This document shows, piece after piece, positions 46,438-60,846 of a stretch of DNA of 64,000 bases. Origin of the DNA: Takakia lepidozioides (lineage: Eukaryota > Plantae > Bryophyta); the NCBI GenBank assembly GCA_030704615.1, contig CM060732.1, forward strand, positions 52,762,001 through 52,826,000, in the 5' to 3' direction. The stretch's first letter is position 1, and each line of letters starts with the position of its first letter. Position numbers and translations under genes: made by a program. A model generated the notes under the pieces. It saw nothing but the letters and a program-made list of their open reading frames with translations. It did not search any database and was not told where the DNA came from.

Positions 46438-49400
46438 ATGCAGCCTGCCGTAGGATGTTGGCTAGTGCTGCTGCTCCTCATGCCCCTGCACGCCTCGGCC
46501 AATTCCGAAGGTCTGTCTTCTATGCTCGTGTCTGGTTCGTCATTCTCTATATGTGCAGTACATACATCTGTTCGACGGTGTGTTCTGGCTTGTCAGCCTC
46601 TTGGCTGGTGAGTAGAGATCCCGGGGGAGGGGAGAAACAGAGGCAGAACCAGCTGCAGCATAGAGATTCGAGCTCGTAGAGTTGGACGAGGCCACTCTAG
46701 GTTTCCACGGCGGCGAAGTTTGCACCTAAGCAGATTTGTGAAACCGCTGGAAATAGGAATACTGAAAATACCCTGCAGATGACCTGGCCTCAGCTCGGGA
46801 TACACATCAATGCAAGCATTGATACCAATTGGTTTTCTGTCTGTTGTATTTGAATCAGGTGTATAGGCTCATTGAAGTCTAGTGTCCTTGTCATGGAGTC
46901 CCTTGTGTTAGAAAGGGACATGGTGAGGCAGGCGATTGAGCAAGGGTTGGTGTACCCCATCCTTGGTCTAGATCAGAAGTACAACAGGTAGGCATTAACC
47001 TAAGGATTAGACCATTTCTCTTTTGGGCCAGCAATTAGCTTGCTAATTAACTGCTCTCCTCAATGTACATCTACAATTACACACATTTTCTTGGCAGCTT
47101 CCCCTTCAGTGCTGCAGAACCATCCTGGGGAAGCGTATACTCTGTCACCCCCTCAGACTGCCCAGAAAAAGTAATTCGAGCCTTGTAAAGAGCACATTTG
47201 TGTTGCAAACTGCAATGAGTTTTTGCGTTCACCCTTTCTTCTAGCTTCGTCCAATGCCATAGTGAGGTCCTATCCAGTGTTTTCTTTCCCTCTGAATACC
47301 ATAGCCGCGTTGATATTCAAATAGAGCGGATGTTGCTTTTTTTAAATCCGCTTTTGGCTGTATGAGCTCAATGTCCAAGTTCAGGATGTGAATGTGAAGT
47401 TGTGGCTCATCTTCCTTGCTGCCTGGTCCTATTACGATATCCAAAGGAATCCAAACATGTGTTTTCAGATTAAGGTTATTTTGTGGTACCCTCCAGAATG
47501 ACCTCATGGCATATCTGCCTAGATCTTTTATTTATAGCATGTTATAAATGCTTCACTGTATGTTGTGTCCGGCATATGAATTTCAATGTTATGAGCAAAA
47601 TATGTTACCCTAAGGAAGGAGGAAGGCAAAAGGTACTTGTTCTGCTTCTGCTGAAGGTGGAGAAGTTGTGCAGTAGTCATGCACCACACTTGTCAAGCAA
47701 CTACTGTAGGGGTCTTGATACATGTATAGACAGGTCAAGACCTTCTTGAGCAGATTTTGAAGCCCCAGCTGAATAGTTGGAGTCAGGTGTTTAAAGCCTC
47801 CTTGTTCATAGTGATAAAGTTGACCACAGATGAGTTAAGGTTGTTTACGGATGATCAGGTGATGCACTGCATGCCTTGCGACAACAACTATCTGACCCCA
47901 GCAATGTGCTGCAAAGTTGGGATCCCACACTGGTCAACCCCTGCACCTGGTTCCATGTCACCTGCAACAACGAAAATTCTGTCATTCGAGTGTAAGTCTG
48001 CCATCTCAGTGTTGCTTTTGGCTGATCTACAGTCTAGTAGCCTAGTTATACCCCTCTCAACAAACTTTCTGCAGCTATCTTACTGGTATGGTTGGTGAAT
48101 GTGACACCATTATGACATAATCTGAGGTGTTTGCTACTCAAGTAGTGTACATGTTCTTGTTTACGCAGTGAGGCAAGGAAAGGAGACCAATTGCACTGAC
48201 CTGGGTCAAATAGAACTTTGTAATAACTGTAGACTAATCAACATCAATGTCAGAAGGAGCCCTTCAAGCATGTCTTTATGATGCCATCTGCTCAGTCTCC
48301 TACTGGAACAGGTACGATGGGGGTAGCCTGACAGAGATGTGAGGGATGAGTCTATGGTCAAGTTTCAGCTCTTCTTATGCATGTCCAGAATTCTGTTACA
48401 GATGCCTGGATGCAGCAACTTTTCTGAATGTGAAGACTGAGAGGGTGCAGGGATTTAGGCAATGCTGATCTTTCTGGCGGATTAGTGTGGCAACTTGGCA
48501 ATCTTCCATCTCTTCAATACTTGTAAGTTTCCGGGCTTTAAGAGCAAGTGAGTTGCCAGTGTAAGCAGAAAATTTTCGACAAGCAGAACTCCTGATTAAA
48601 CTTTCAAACTGCTGATAATAAAACAATGGGGGATGCTGTGTTCATTAGATGACTGGTGTTGACATTATACTAGAATGCATGATGTTTGTATGTGCGCTGC
48701 TATTGCAGCCTCATACCATAGATATCACACTCTAGTGTGAGAAAGGTTTGGCAAGAGAGAAAGAGACAGACAGTCATCGGAGAGGGACGAATGCAGCTGT
48801 CAAGTAGATCGACAAACAGAGACAAATAAGAGACATGCTTCAGATTTGATATTGGAGTTAGCTGCTCATGAAAAGGGGCTGCGAGGGGGTGTCATGCAGG
48901 GAACTGTACAGCAACAATATAACAGGTCCTATACCAAAGGAGCTGGGAAATTTAGCAAACCTGGTTAGTCTGGATCTTTACCAGAATCAATTTACTGGGA
49001 ACATCCCTGATACCCTCGGCAAGCTCATTAATCTCCGCTTCCTGTGCGTTCTTCTTTACCTTCATGTTATTTTTCTTTAGACTCAGTGAAAAGTAGAAAT
49101 GGACATCACAAGTTTTTATTTGGTACTAAGTGATTGTGTGGGAAAACGTTTTATGCTTCACGTTTTGTATCTAGGATACTGATTCACCTTCAAGTATACC
49201 AAACAAGACGAATATGACTTGACACAACATATGCTTGAAAAGAGGGTTGCTTTTATAATAGGCTTATAAAGCTTTGTATCTATACTGGACTTTCTTATGA
49301 TGTGGTCATTTAAGTCAGAGAGAGGAGGGTTTGGTGTGCAGAAAAAGTAAAGTGCCAAGAGGTTAATGTGCTCTGGGACAAAGAAACAGAGGTGCAGACA

Positions 49401-52400
49401 CATTGTAGCTGTTCCAAAGCTATTTTGTTTCGATAGAGTATTGTTGATGGCTAGTTGTATCTGACTGGTCTTTGGTTAAAGTATGCCTGATCATGGTTAA
49501 TGTTGCTGGCTGGCAGTCGGCTGAACAATAACAGTCTACAAGGAGCAATTCCAACACAATTAACAAGCATCACTGGCCTTCAAGTGCTGTACGTTGCTTG
49601 TTCCTGAGGGACTTTCTTTGGGGAGGGGAGGGAGGGAGAGAGAGTGTGAGAGGATTGCGTGTTGTGAAAGTAACTCAAATCCCTGATTATCTGCTATCAG
49701 AGGTGGAATTTTCAATTCAATGTGCCTGTAGTGATTTTCATCTGCTGGCCTAGGGAGCTCACTGTTTCTTAAGCCCTAAGGAGAGGACCATGTATATCAT
49801 GCATCCAGGGTTGACTGAGGGGATATATTACAGACCTTTTGACAGAGCCAATGTACTTCTTTGGATTCCAAACTGTGGTGTGGACGAGTTAAAAGGGCAC
49901 AGCCGCTTATTCTTTAATGTCATTCACAAGCAGAATGCTGGAGGTCAGCACCTGGTGTTCCTATCTGATATGCTGTGGGTCCTCTGGTTGGTGCAGTGAT
50001 CTCTCATACAACAATCTAATTGGGAATGTGCCAACCAATGGCTCTTTCTCATTGTTCACTCCTATCAGGTACAGCTGGCATGAAGTCATTTTCACCATTG
50101 CAGGTCTGCATTTCGAATGATATGAAAATTACGTTCTATTTCCTGTTGGAGACCATGATCAAACAGGCCAAGTCCCACCATAACTGGGGTACTCCAACAC
50201 ATTAATTATGCCATTTATGATAGAGATTCACATTGTCACCTTGTAACACTGATGAATTTCCGAGAATATAAAGACTGTAGATGGTGGGAGGCTATGATTG
50301 AAAGTTGGCATTTCCGGAAGATCAAACGTTGGATTGTCATGTGATATCTCCTAAATATATCCCCAGTTTTATGCAGAACAGGAGGGGATAATACATTCAA
50401 CCAGGAACCGGGTTCTGCCAGTAATAAACCTATGTGTCAGTGGTTGGTAGAGATGGCTAGCGGCTGATGGACAACGAAGAGTTTTACTCTGGTAGCCACG
50501 AGTATTTTTTAGATGGAACTTTAGGTTTGTATGTCCCATTTTACCATGGATTTTGTTTGGTATAAGTTTGTGCAGAATTTTCTTTTTGGGTAGTCCCAAA
50601 CCAAATTGTGATGGTTTTGTCAAATTGGTTTAGAAGTATTTATCAAACACAATGCTTGGAGGTTGAAGCTTAGGCTGCCAAAGTAAACCAATATGTTACA
50701 ATTGCCTTTTTCAGCTTTAGTGTGGTCACAGTGGAAGCCCAAAAGATTCACACACTAATAGTTCAGGAAGTCTGACATATAGGCTGAGCTAGTAACTGGC
50801 TTTCTGACAGATGGTGTGAGGATTGAGTTGATTTCCTGTTTGATTTGCTCATACTTAAAAGTTTTGAACTTGTTTGGTTTCATGTGTCCAGTTTCCAGGC
50901 GAATCAAGATTTGTGTGGAACAGTGGTTGGTAAGCAGTGTCCAGGACAGCCCCCATTACCTCCCCCTCCTCCATACGAGCCACCTCCCTCTCCCTATGGC
51001 CAATCCAGTGACCCATGTAAGTGCCTTTCATCCTCGAATTCCTAGGTTCAGGCACCGGTCTTGCCCTCTAGTGTTCTCCTCCTACAGCTTTAAGTTGTAA
51101 TGGAAGCATAGATTATGCTTTTCTTTCAGTGTCTTTAAAGCTATGTTGGGAGTTAGCCTTAGTTGTAATTTAGTTAACAAGCCAGCTATATGTTGCCCAG
51201 GGTGCCTTGGGTACAGAGAACATTGATAGGACAACTGGCCTTGGTTAGTGCTCTAGTACTTCGGTAGAGCACTTTGCGTAGAATCGCCTTAATCAAGATC
51301 GTGTGATCATGCAGCGAGAAACTCGCAATCATCAAGTACAGGAGCAATTGCTGGGGGGGTGGCTGCGGGTGCCGCTCTGCTGTTTGCAGCTCCAGCTATT
51401 GGCTTTGCCTGGTGGCGACGCCGCCGGCCTGTGGAGGCCTTCTTTGATGTTCCTGGTATATATAAAACACTGCATTTGTGCAAGAACAACACTGCAACTG
51501 CAATCTAAATTGATTCCTGTAATTTAAATTAGTGTCTATGTACGCTCCTCGAATTCTGTTTCCGAGGTCTGTGTACTGATAGATAACATGCCACATGACT
51601 ATCGTCTGCTTTGTAGACAGTGATTCAACCGTGCAGAAGTAAACAAGCTCTCAAGTAGCAGAAGTGGTCCAGAAGATCTGATGACCAACTTCTAGGCTGG
51701 CTTATCTGTTATTTCTCTTAAAATCAGTCTGGAATGAGATTGTATATCCTCTTCTGGTTTCAGTACGGTGACACGTTGCTAGGAAGGAAACACAAGGATT
51801 GTGATGTTAACTGCAAACACTGATACTTTTTGTGGTCTTCTCAGCGGAAGAGGATCCAGAGGTACATTTGGGTCAGCTGAAGCGCTTCTCACTGCGGGAA
51901 CTGCAAGTTGCCACTGACAATTTCAATAACAAGAATATACTGGGGCGCGGGGGGTTCGGGAAAGTGTACAAAGGACGATTGGCTGATGGGACACTGGTGG
52001 CTGTCAAACGCTTAAAAGAAGAGCGCAGCCCTGGTGGTGAGCTGCAGTTTCAAACAGAGGTAATTCTTGGATTCATGATTGCATTCAGTACTTTACCACT
52101 ACTCTCTGATCCTGTTGACAGGAGAGATGATATTTGCATGTGTAATGAGAGTCCCCATACGAGCAATTTGAGAATAGGGATTATGGGGATGGAGTAGATT
52201 GTGGGTTCCAAACTGATTAAGTGTTCGTTTTCTGCCAAAAGGGTGGCCATGATCACTGGTTTCCATTACAGATGTAATATCTTAGCATTCCACCTGACTA
52301 GGATTCTGGTGAAGCTTCTTGCAAGATCATTGTGGGTGTCTATATATCATCATCTACTCTCCTCTTCCTATTTCTCCTCTTTTCATGGTTTTATGATGAA

Positions 52401-55014
52401 AGGGGTAGGAGCCCTCTCCAGAATCAGGCTTGCTATGTACAGCTTCAGCATTGCAATTCAGTGTCATTGGTTTTGCATTCCAGTATTTTGGGTTTTCCTA
52501 AGGCTGTCGCTGATGTTCTTTCTGGTCTTGTTTTGAAACCTCTCTTGAGTATCATGTTGATTGTGTGTTCAATTCCTCAAAAACCATGCTGATTGCAGTA
52601 GTCTCTGAGCACGGCATAGTCTTCATGACTATTCTGATCTTCCCTTTGATGCATGGCCCCAAAACACCCCTCTGACGCCATTGGACATTTGCAAACATCA
52701 TTTTGTGGTCTGGTTGTTTCAAGCGTTCAATTCCATTGGCGACGTGCACTTAGTTTCCCTTGATTGAAATTGTTCCAAATGGATTGAGTCAGGTGGAGAT
52801 GATTAGCATGGCAGTGCACCGCAATCTTCTAAGGCTACGTGGCTTCTGCATGACACCGACAGAACGGCTGTTGGTTTATCCTTACATGCCTAATGGCAGC
52901 GTGGCCTCTCGTCTTCGAGGTCTGTTTCTCACCATAGTTCAGTTTTTGGTCTGTACGAAGATATCGTAATCAAAACAGGTTAACCACTTGTAACTAGTTT
53001 ACAAATGCGATTTCTTTCAGATTGTGGCTGATCTCTCTGTAAAATGTCGAACTTTCACTACCACAGTTGATGATGGGCCCCAGAATGGACATGAGGAGGA
53101 GTTGATCTGCATCTCTGGAAGTTACAATGTTATGGATCAAGAACATTCTGTCCTGTTTTTGAACTTGATCTTCATGAGGCTTGGTTGTGCTGGCTCAAAA
53201 CCTGGCTTGTAGAGCAGCACCAGTGGGGAAAAATCCCATGCTTATCATTTTTTAATCTATTGTGCAACAGCCCGTCACTCCAGGCTAACTTCAGTATTAT
53301 TTGAACAATTGAGTGCAGAGCGTGTGCTGGGGGAGCCTGCACTTGACTGGCCTACACGGAAGTGCATCTCATTGGGGTCTGCTCGGGGGCTGTCATATTT
53401 GCATGATCATTGTGACCCCAAAATCATTCATCGTGATGTGAAGGCTGCAAACATCCTACTGGATGAAGAATTTGAGGCAGTTGTAGGTGATTTTGGGCTT
53501 GCTAAACTGATGGACTACAAGGACACGCATGTGACAACGGCAGTGCGTGGGACAATTGGTCACATTGCACCAGAGTATTTGTCCACTGGCAAGAGCTCGG
53601 AGAAGACAGATGTGTTTGGATTTGGGATTATGTTGCTGGAGCTTATCACTGGCCAACGCGCCTTTGATCTAGCACGCCTGGCTAACGATGACGATGTGAT
53701 GCTCCTTGATTGGGTGAGGTCTTGCTCATTAATGAACCAAGTGTTTTGGTTCATACGGAAGGATACAGGCGGGTGTGCTGCTCCGCCAGTGACCTTAGGT
53801 GATGGGAGTGTGTACCAATCCAACTCAGCAGTGGTGACTAGAAAGAGACACATTCATTGTTGCACGTGTCCCCTCTATAATAATGCCTCTATAATTATGT
53901 GCAGGTTCACAGCACAGGCATGCCTGGTGAATGAATGGGTAAAACTTACAAGAATATGGATTTAATTTGGATAGCACAGGTGGTATTGTTGTGGGAGCTT
54001 CCAGGCAAGTAGGCCGAATTCAATAGTGGCAAGCTTCAAATTTTCTGCCTCGGGCGTTAGAATTTTCAAAGATGTGTAGGAACTCCGTAGCTACCTGCTA
54101 CTCATGCATGCATGCGTGTAAGCTCCAGCTGTAGTTGTGCACATTCAGCGGCTCAGTTGTTTGGGGCCTCTACCATGTAACCTCTCACCACTGAATTGAG
54201 TGAGTTGCTGCAGGACCAATTGCTTCCCCTTCATCGATGTGGTCTGTGTTTCTATGGCATAATGACCCTGTCTGAAATCTGGCATGAGCAAGAATGGTGG
54301 AGTCCAATGCAGGACTTCTGGCTAAAATCCTGAGGCTTGGAATAGCCTTGGAAGTATGAAGGGCTGGTTATCAACAGCCTGGTGGTTTAATATTCTCATA
54401 CTGGCATGTGGTCCTTATTTTGTTGTTTGTTCGTGCATGCAGGTTAAAGGTTTGTTGAAAGAACGCAAGGTGGATCTGCTTGTAGATCCTGATCTGAAGC
54501 AAAACTATGATCATAAGGAAGTTGAAGAGCTAATACAGGTTACAAGTCTTCTATTTAAGCTCTTTCATGTACTTTGCAGAGCATGGATGAGTCCTAGCAC
54601 TGGCCAGGGTGCCTAAGCCCAACGGGCCTATGGAATATGTGGAGCAATGTTGAAGGAAGTCGAACAGTACGATCCATTGGAAGTGTGCCATCGGTTCCAA
54701 GCGGCTTGTTTATGCATCACTTTGAATGAACTGTTGACTTCTTATTTTCATTTTCCTTCTTGGATTTTGAGTGAGGTGATTCATGGATGCAGGTGGCACT
54801 GCTGTGCACCCAAGGTTCCCCCATGGACAGGCCCAAGATGGCAGAGGTGGTTCGCATGCTGGAGGGTGATGGGCTTGCAGAGCGTTGGGAGGAGTGGCAG
54901 AAGGTGGAAGTTGTCCGCAACCAAGAAGTGGATCTGGTTCCCCATCGGACATCAGAGTGGATCGTGGATTCAACTGATAACTTGCACGCGGTTGAGCTCT
55001 CTGGCCCTAGATAG
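46438..55014 (+). CDS. SERK: Somatic embryogenesis receptor kinase (LRR-II RLK, BAK1/SERK family)
   Basis: 13 GT-AG exons: 46438-46510, 47859-47991, 48451-48522, 48900-49043, 49517-49588, 49997-50068, 50892-51016, 51315-51455, 51845-52059, 52793-52919, 53319-53713, 54443-54538, 54793-55014. Signal peptide, [17 protein letters not shown], LRRs, Pro-rich SPP region, [36 protein letters not shown]. Confidence 0.97.
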
Positions 55015-57033
55015 TACCTACTGCACAAGTAACCCAGTTTCATTCTGTACGCCATATTTGTGAATTAGTTCAGGTTGTTCAAGGCAATTTGAAAGGCTTT
55101 CTATCAAGCCCTTGCAAATGCAGGGGGGCAGTGGCTCGCACTCATGCATTCGACCTTATGGTGTAGGAATGTTATCCTCATCCTCCAAAGTTTTTGTAAC
55201 CCCAGTAGAGTTGTCACCGTGAAATTGTGTTGTCTGGAAATCGGCTGCTGGCATGGCTTTCCCTATCCATGTTGGCTGAGCATATCAAAAATGCCAGATG
55301 GGAAGATGATGCACAGATCGTGCAGTTACATGTGTAATGTTGCATGAAATTTAAGAAAGCCTTCACTGTGAGAAGCCTTTGGAGAGGAGGCATTCATCCT
55401 CGATCTGCCACAAGCGGAGGGTCGCCAAATGTGGCAGTGGCTTTGGAAGGCTCTCTAAGTAATGCAGCTGAAGCTGTGGAAAATTCCGTATGATTGGATA
55501 TGTCCAACCTAGAGGATCCTTTTTGTTCAGCCCAAACATAGAATGAGCCAACTTTGTCCACTCATATCCATTGAAGGCCGAAGAAACATTTTTGAAGGGT
55601 TTGAACCCAGGGGCACCGTGCACTTAACTTTCAAAATGGAAAAGGTGTGACAATGATGAGAAAGTAAGAAAGGGAATTTTCCAAGCCTTTAAATAAGGCA
55701 GTAGTCTCTTTTCAGCTATAGGAGGCCTTCAGTCTTATGCCAGTACCTTTCTTGGGTTGTTGCTTTCTCTGTGCAAGTCTATGGCCCCATGCCAAGCTAC
55801 TGTTTCCTTTGTTCATCAATCTTTGTATGGGTCTGTCGCAAGAAAAGTAGTCTTATCCCATATACCAGAAGAGGCAAATGTGTAGTTTCCACAATTAACT
55901 TGCCAAGGGTGGGTTTGAAAATTGTGGAACCTGCAAGGGCAGCTGCTATATAGAGCAGTGGAAACCAGTGTTGAGCTGACAATATTTAAGGTATGTTCGA
56001 TACACACCCTAAGTAAGGGTAGGAGTACAATTTCAATTTCTAGTAACTAGATATTCAGGGTATTAACGCGAACAAAGGGGACAATCAACTAGAATTAACT
56101 AGGGTTAAACTTAGCATAAGCTCTAGCAGTCCGGTGCAGCCATGAAGTAAAGATAACTATTGTTGATTATAAACTAAGGTGGTTGGTGCGGGCGGGGCAT
56201 AATTATCTTAAAAAAATTCTAAGGACTCTAACAATTTAACAAATAAAGTCATATTGTGAAGATTGAACTGTGTATCTTGTACAGCCTTAGCCAAACACAT
56301 GTAAATTCGTTTTGCCATCAGGCCAGGGTTTTGGATGTAGAGAAGAAATGGAGGCTGTCAATGGCGGATTTTGTGGAGCCTGAAGTATAACATGCATGTG
56401 TTGCCATAGACAGTGTTTGATATTTTTACCTGAGAATTAAGAACATGCGAGTTCATTTCGCTACAAAAACTCATTGGCGGTAGTTTGAAAATGAGGGTTC
56501 CAATGCTAGATTTGGATAACAAATATTCATCTAGTTAAGTAACATTGCAATATGTTTCTCGTAACGGTGGTAGTAACCTTTTGCAAGAAAATTACAAATA
56601 TATATTCATAGTATTAGTGTTCCATTACATATTGCAGCATGATCAACCACCCTATGTTCTCTTGGTAGTTCTAAAAGTTGAACAAACAGAGCCACCAACA
56701 AAATTGCTCTGGCTGTCTTTTTGTTTGAAAATATGCGGCCACTTGGATCTATATCTGGTATCCTCTATTGATCCTTTAGAAGTATCAGGCCTGCTTCAAC
56801 TTGTAGCCACATTCCCTGCACACAAACAGCACAGAATCCAGATAATTACAAACATTTAGGTAAGGTTCCACAAGAAGTTTTACAGCTCTGAAATTGATCT
56901 AGAAAATGTTGTTCCAAACATAAGGGTGAAGTAGGTACAAAGAAAGAACAAAGTCCTCACCTTTAAAGCTAGCCAAGGGAGTAACCATTCTTGAAGGCAT
57001 TCAAATCCTGGCCAGTGATAACAAAGTGCCCTA

Positions 57034-57350
57034 CTAGAACAAATGAAGATACAACGTCATATAATAGGTCGGCGGGAATCCGCAGTGGTGGACCGGCGTA
57101 CTGTGCATGCTGATCCAACGTGATACTCTCATCTCAACCGCAGCAACTGTGGCAACACAGTTGGCACCAATCCTAGCAGGTCGCGTCCGAGGAACAACCT
57201 GCCAACGCTCAATCAGGATTGTCCCTGCTAAACTATTGATGTGTATAAGAATCGCGACTCGTGTTTTCCCATCACTTTTCGTTAAGTATCTCAGATCGCC
57301 TCGGAGCATTTTTAGGGAGTCCGAAACTCCAACCTCCACGACAAAGGATG
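57034..57350 (-). pseudogene. Fragment of a Uma2/PD-(D/E)XK restriction-endonuclease-like domain
   Basis: PSFVVEVGVSDSLKMLRGDLRYLTKSDGKTRVAILIHI...ILIERW resembles the P.xVxEVG.SES...L..D...W motif common in fungal proteins (from recall); no start codon. Confidence 0.5.
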
Positions 57351-57614
57351 GAACACAATTTTAAGTAAATCTGGACTAAAGTTTGGTCCAGAAATAAGGA
57401 GAAATATCTGAATATATATTTTTTAAATCATTTAAATGGATCATTTTAAATATAAATATAAAGATATAAATAATTGTTTGTCTATTAATATATAATATGA
57501 GCAATAAAGAAACATTATGTATAAACTTCAGGAGAAAAAACAGTTTCTATTTTGCTCATAAAGCAAGTTCCACTGTTCATTCGACGTTTAGTAAAAGTTG
57601 AATGAGATACCAAC

Positions 57615-57830
57615 AGTCAGTAGTTCAGTTGGTGAAGTGCACTCAGTGCCACCCAGATGATTATGGGGTCAAATCTTGCTACTGACGGGTGTGGTATGTT
57701 CCTAGGTGGTGTCCCATTCCAACGCCACATGGCAGGGTTACTGTGAAAGAGGTTATACTATTAAGGGGACTTGATTTGTGAACTGTCGCTCCCAGGTGTT
57801 TCCATTACATTAAAAAATAAATTTAAAAAA
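57615..57830 (+). mobile_element. Degenerate tRNA-derived SINE
   Basis: A-box-like tagttcagttggtg (about 57621), B-box-like ggtcaaatc (about 57667), A-rich tail at about 57812-57830; no clear TSD. Confidence 0.55.
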
Positions 57831-60800
57831 CGGGTTTCAGGTGATAACTCGCTTCATGATCCGCGGCCTGATGGATGATTGGAGCACCAGTCATATTTGC
57901 AACCGCGACTGAGCTTGTGAAGGCCGCTACTATGTAACATACAAGATAAATCAATCAAATATATGAGCAAAACATGGCACAATGACACAATATCATGACA
58001 TGACAATGGGGAGACATTGATAATAAACAACCAGGTTTTATTTCAGAACCATGTCAATTTGAGTAAGCCTCGCCTCATGCAGCATGGACCAATACAAGTA
58101 ACGTAAACCATGATAGTATCGACTTCTAGAAAGAGGGCTGAACTCCGATAACACAAGATGATGTCGGTCGACGTACTTATGATGAAAATATTTTGAGGAA
58201 AGTCATTTCCCAAAATCACGATATTTTGACAAGGTTGGAGGGACCATTTTCAAATCTGTATTCTTCCGTTATTCCGAAGGTTTTTGTCAGCACAAGATGG
58301 AAGAAGTCCCTCAAAATGATGTCTCGAGTATCGTAGATATGGTGATGACTTCGCAAAAAATATCCTGCAATATTACGCCAACCAACAATGTCTTGTGTGA
58401 CTGAAGTTCAGCTGTACTTCTTGAAGAATTGGTGGTCTTGCAGACTTTCAGTGAATCGCGAAGATGATGAATTACTCGTATGCTCTTCAAAACATAATGT
58501 CCAAGTAACTGACCCTAGAGTAAGATGCTGAAAGTATCCAATTTGGGGAGTAAGTATGTTGCTCGTATGCTTCTGACGATTTACTGTAAAACACTTGTAA
58601 ACTGTTCCCCAACTGATTGGAGCTGTCACAAGCAATGTCAAAAATCATATTTACTGCTAGATGTTTGATGCTATTGTTGTTCATGTAGCTGAATTGTATA
58701 GTAGTCATTTTGCTATTTTCATGCGAACAGTATCAGGTCCCCAGAGACTGTCATATTCAGACTCCCGTATCAGCCACGGCCCACCATCATTGACCAATAT
58801 AAAACCATCAGTTGCATATCAGCTGAGAACTAGATCTTCGATTCATTGTATGCGACTCCAGAGAAACACCCTAGCCCACAAATAATTGGCCAACAGCTTG
58901 AGATATTTCTCCGAGCTATGATTGAATGAACTGGAGATTTCATTCTTAGCTGATGGTTTCATGTAGGTGGTGCCTGATTCCGATTTCGGAATATGGCAGT
59001 CTCAATGGACCTGATGTTGTTGGAATGGAAATAGCAAAAAGACTCTTATAGAAATCAGTTACATGAACATACGCAGTATCAAACACCTTGAAGTACATAT
59101 GATTGTTGAGATTGTTTACACAGATTGTTAGCGACGGTGTTCCTCCTTTGGCGTCCAGTCCACATGAAAACGACGAGAATGACGTTGGAGATTGACATTC
59201 AATTGCTGACATTCTGCCTCCTCATAACACCATTTTGGTATGCAATGATGGACATCAGAACAGGTCAGCTCTTAGAGAAACACGCGTGATCGTGCGATGT
59301 TAATCGTTGGTGTTCCTTAAAAGAATAATGGATCTCCAAACGAAAGATATAGGAACCAAAAAATACACCACGAGGATGTTGTCAATTGTTGAAGATCGGA
59401 TTATGCAAGCAGAAAGAATGACTTCAAACAACTTAAAGACTAGGATTGTAAGATACTTGAACAATCCGCCAAGGAACAAGTGACACCATCAGCCCAGATG
59501 ATTTGAGTACGTGTTTTCAATGAATCATCCATGATGATGGTGTGAAATATTCCGGGACGGATTATCCGAATACCTTGAGTTCCCTCGCTGTAACTGACCT
59601 GAGGTAACTCACTATGCCTACAAAATCATCACATCTTCAAATGACAGCATTTTCGTTGTTGATCACGTGAGCATATAAAAAACATCACTCCGACCAATCA
59701 CATGTGGCACTGTTGAGGTAATATAACACTTTGGCAGTCGGCTAGAGAATCAAGACGATGTTGAGGTCCACTTTTCGAACCACGAGAGATCGCACGACAG
59801 ATCTCTGCCTCTACCACCATTGAGAACCACAACGAGCCGAGTGCATCCAGATTTCAATCAACCACAATGGTGCCATTAGTTCGTCAAGGAAGGAATTTCG
59901 AAGCCGCCAAAATTATTTCAATCCATTTGAAGAGAGATTTTAACAAAGCTTCACAATCCGCTCAGGAACAAATGAGACGACCATCGTGGGAGCTTGAATT
60001 ACGAGTTAGGAACCAAATTCAGTCATAGACAATGATCGTGTCACTTGTTCCCCATCGTAATATGAAAACATTGGAAAATTTCTTCTCCTCCAACCTCCTC
60101 CAGCCTCCAGCCTGATATGTTATTGCCTAAACTGACAATGAAGTCAACTTGTTTTGATAACATCTGATGGCACTGCTGATCCATGCTAGCTCCACAAGAG
60201 GATATATGAAAGAACCACGCGCGATCGCGCGTGATTTCTCTCAAACTTCGATGACTAACACTACAGCCGAAAGGATCTGGCATAACATTGACAATGTTAA
60301 ATAACGTACGTGTGTAATGAACAAGCCGGCCATGGTTTAATTCATCAATAACACAGAGTTGTTTCCCAAACGGCTTACACTCAACGCATATGTTCGAGAT
60401 CGCCGTCGGTTATCACTGATGGCGGAATTTTGTGCACCCGAGGAGATGGATACGGTGGGAGATTGATGTAAGATATGACCAGACACCTCACTAGTAGCTG
60501 TACTTGATGACCTTGACGAACGTAAAGCCTCGCGGTCCCTTCGCTCAGCCTTTCGCTCTCGTTCCTCTTTCTTCTCTTGTCGAATTTGATTCTGAACTTG
60601 ACATTGGAATATAATTGTGTGGAGGCAGCACAGAAGGGAATTGTTAAAGAAAATACAAAAATCATTGAAATATCATTGATCTCACAAAAGTCATGTGAAG
60701 TCAACATACGTATAAATACAAATGGAGGTTGAAGTAAAACTGGACTACACACAAAATAGGGCAATGTTAAAATACATACCCAGATAATCGGGATTTTTTT

Positions 60801-60846
60801 TAGGGGAGTGTCAAACAGAAACATCGATAAATCTTCCAAACCAGGT

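Noticed and set aside
45093-46502. ORFs of 118-172 aa between TerC and SERK
   Set aside because: Low-complexity promoter/UTR translations with no domain, mostly with non-ATG starts.
57615-57690. Functional tRNA gene
   Set aside because: No cloverleaf pairing, a degenerate B box and an A-rich tail; better explained as a SINE.
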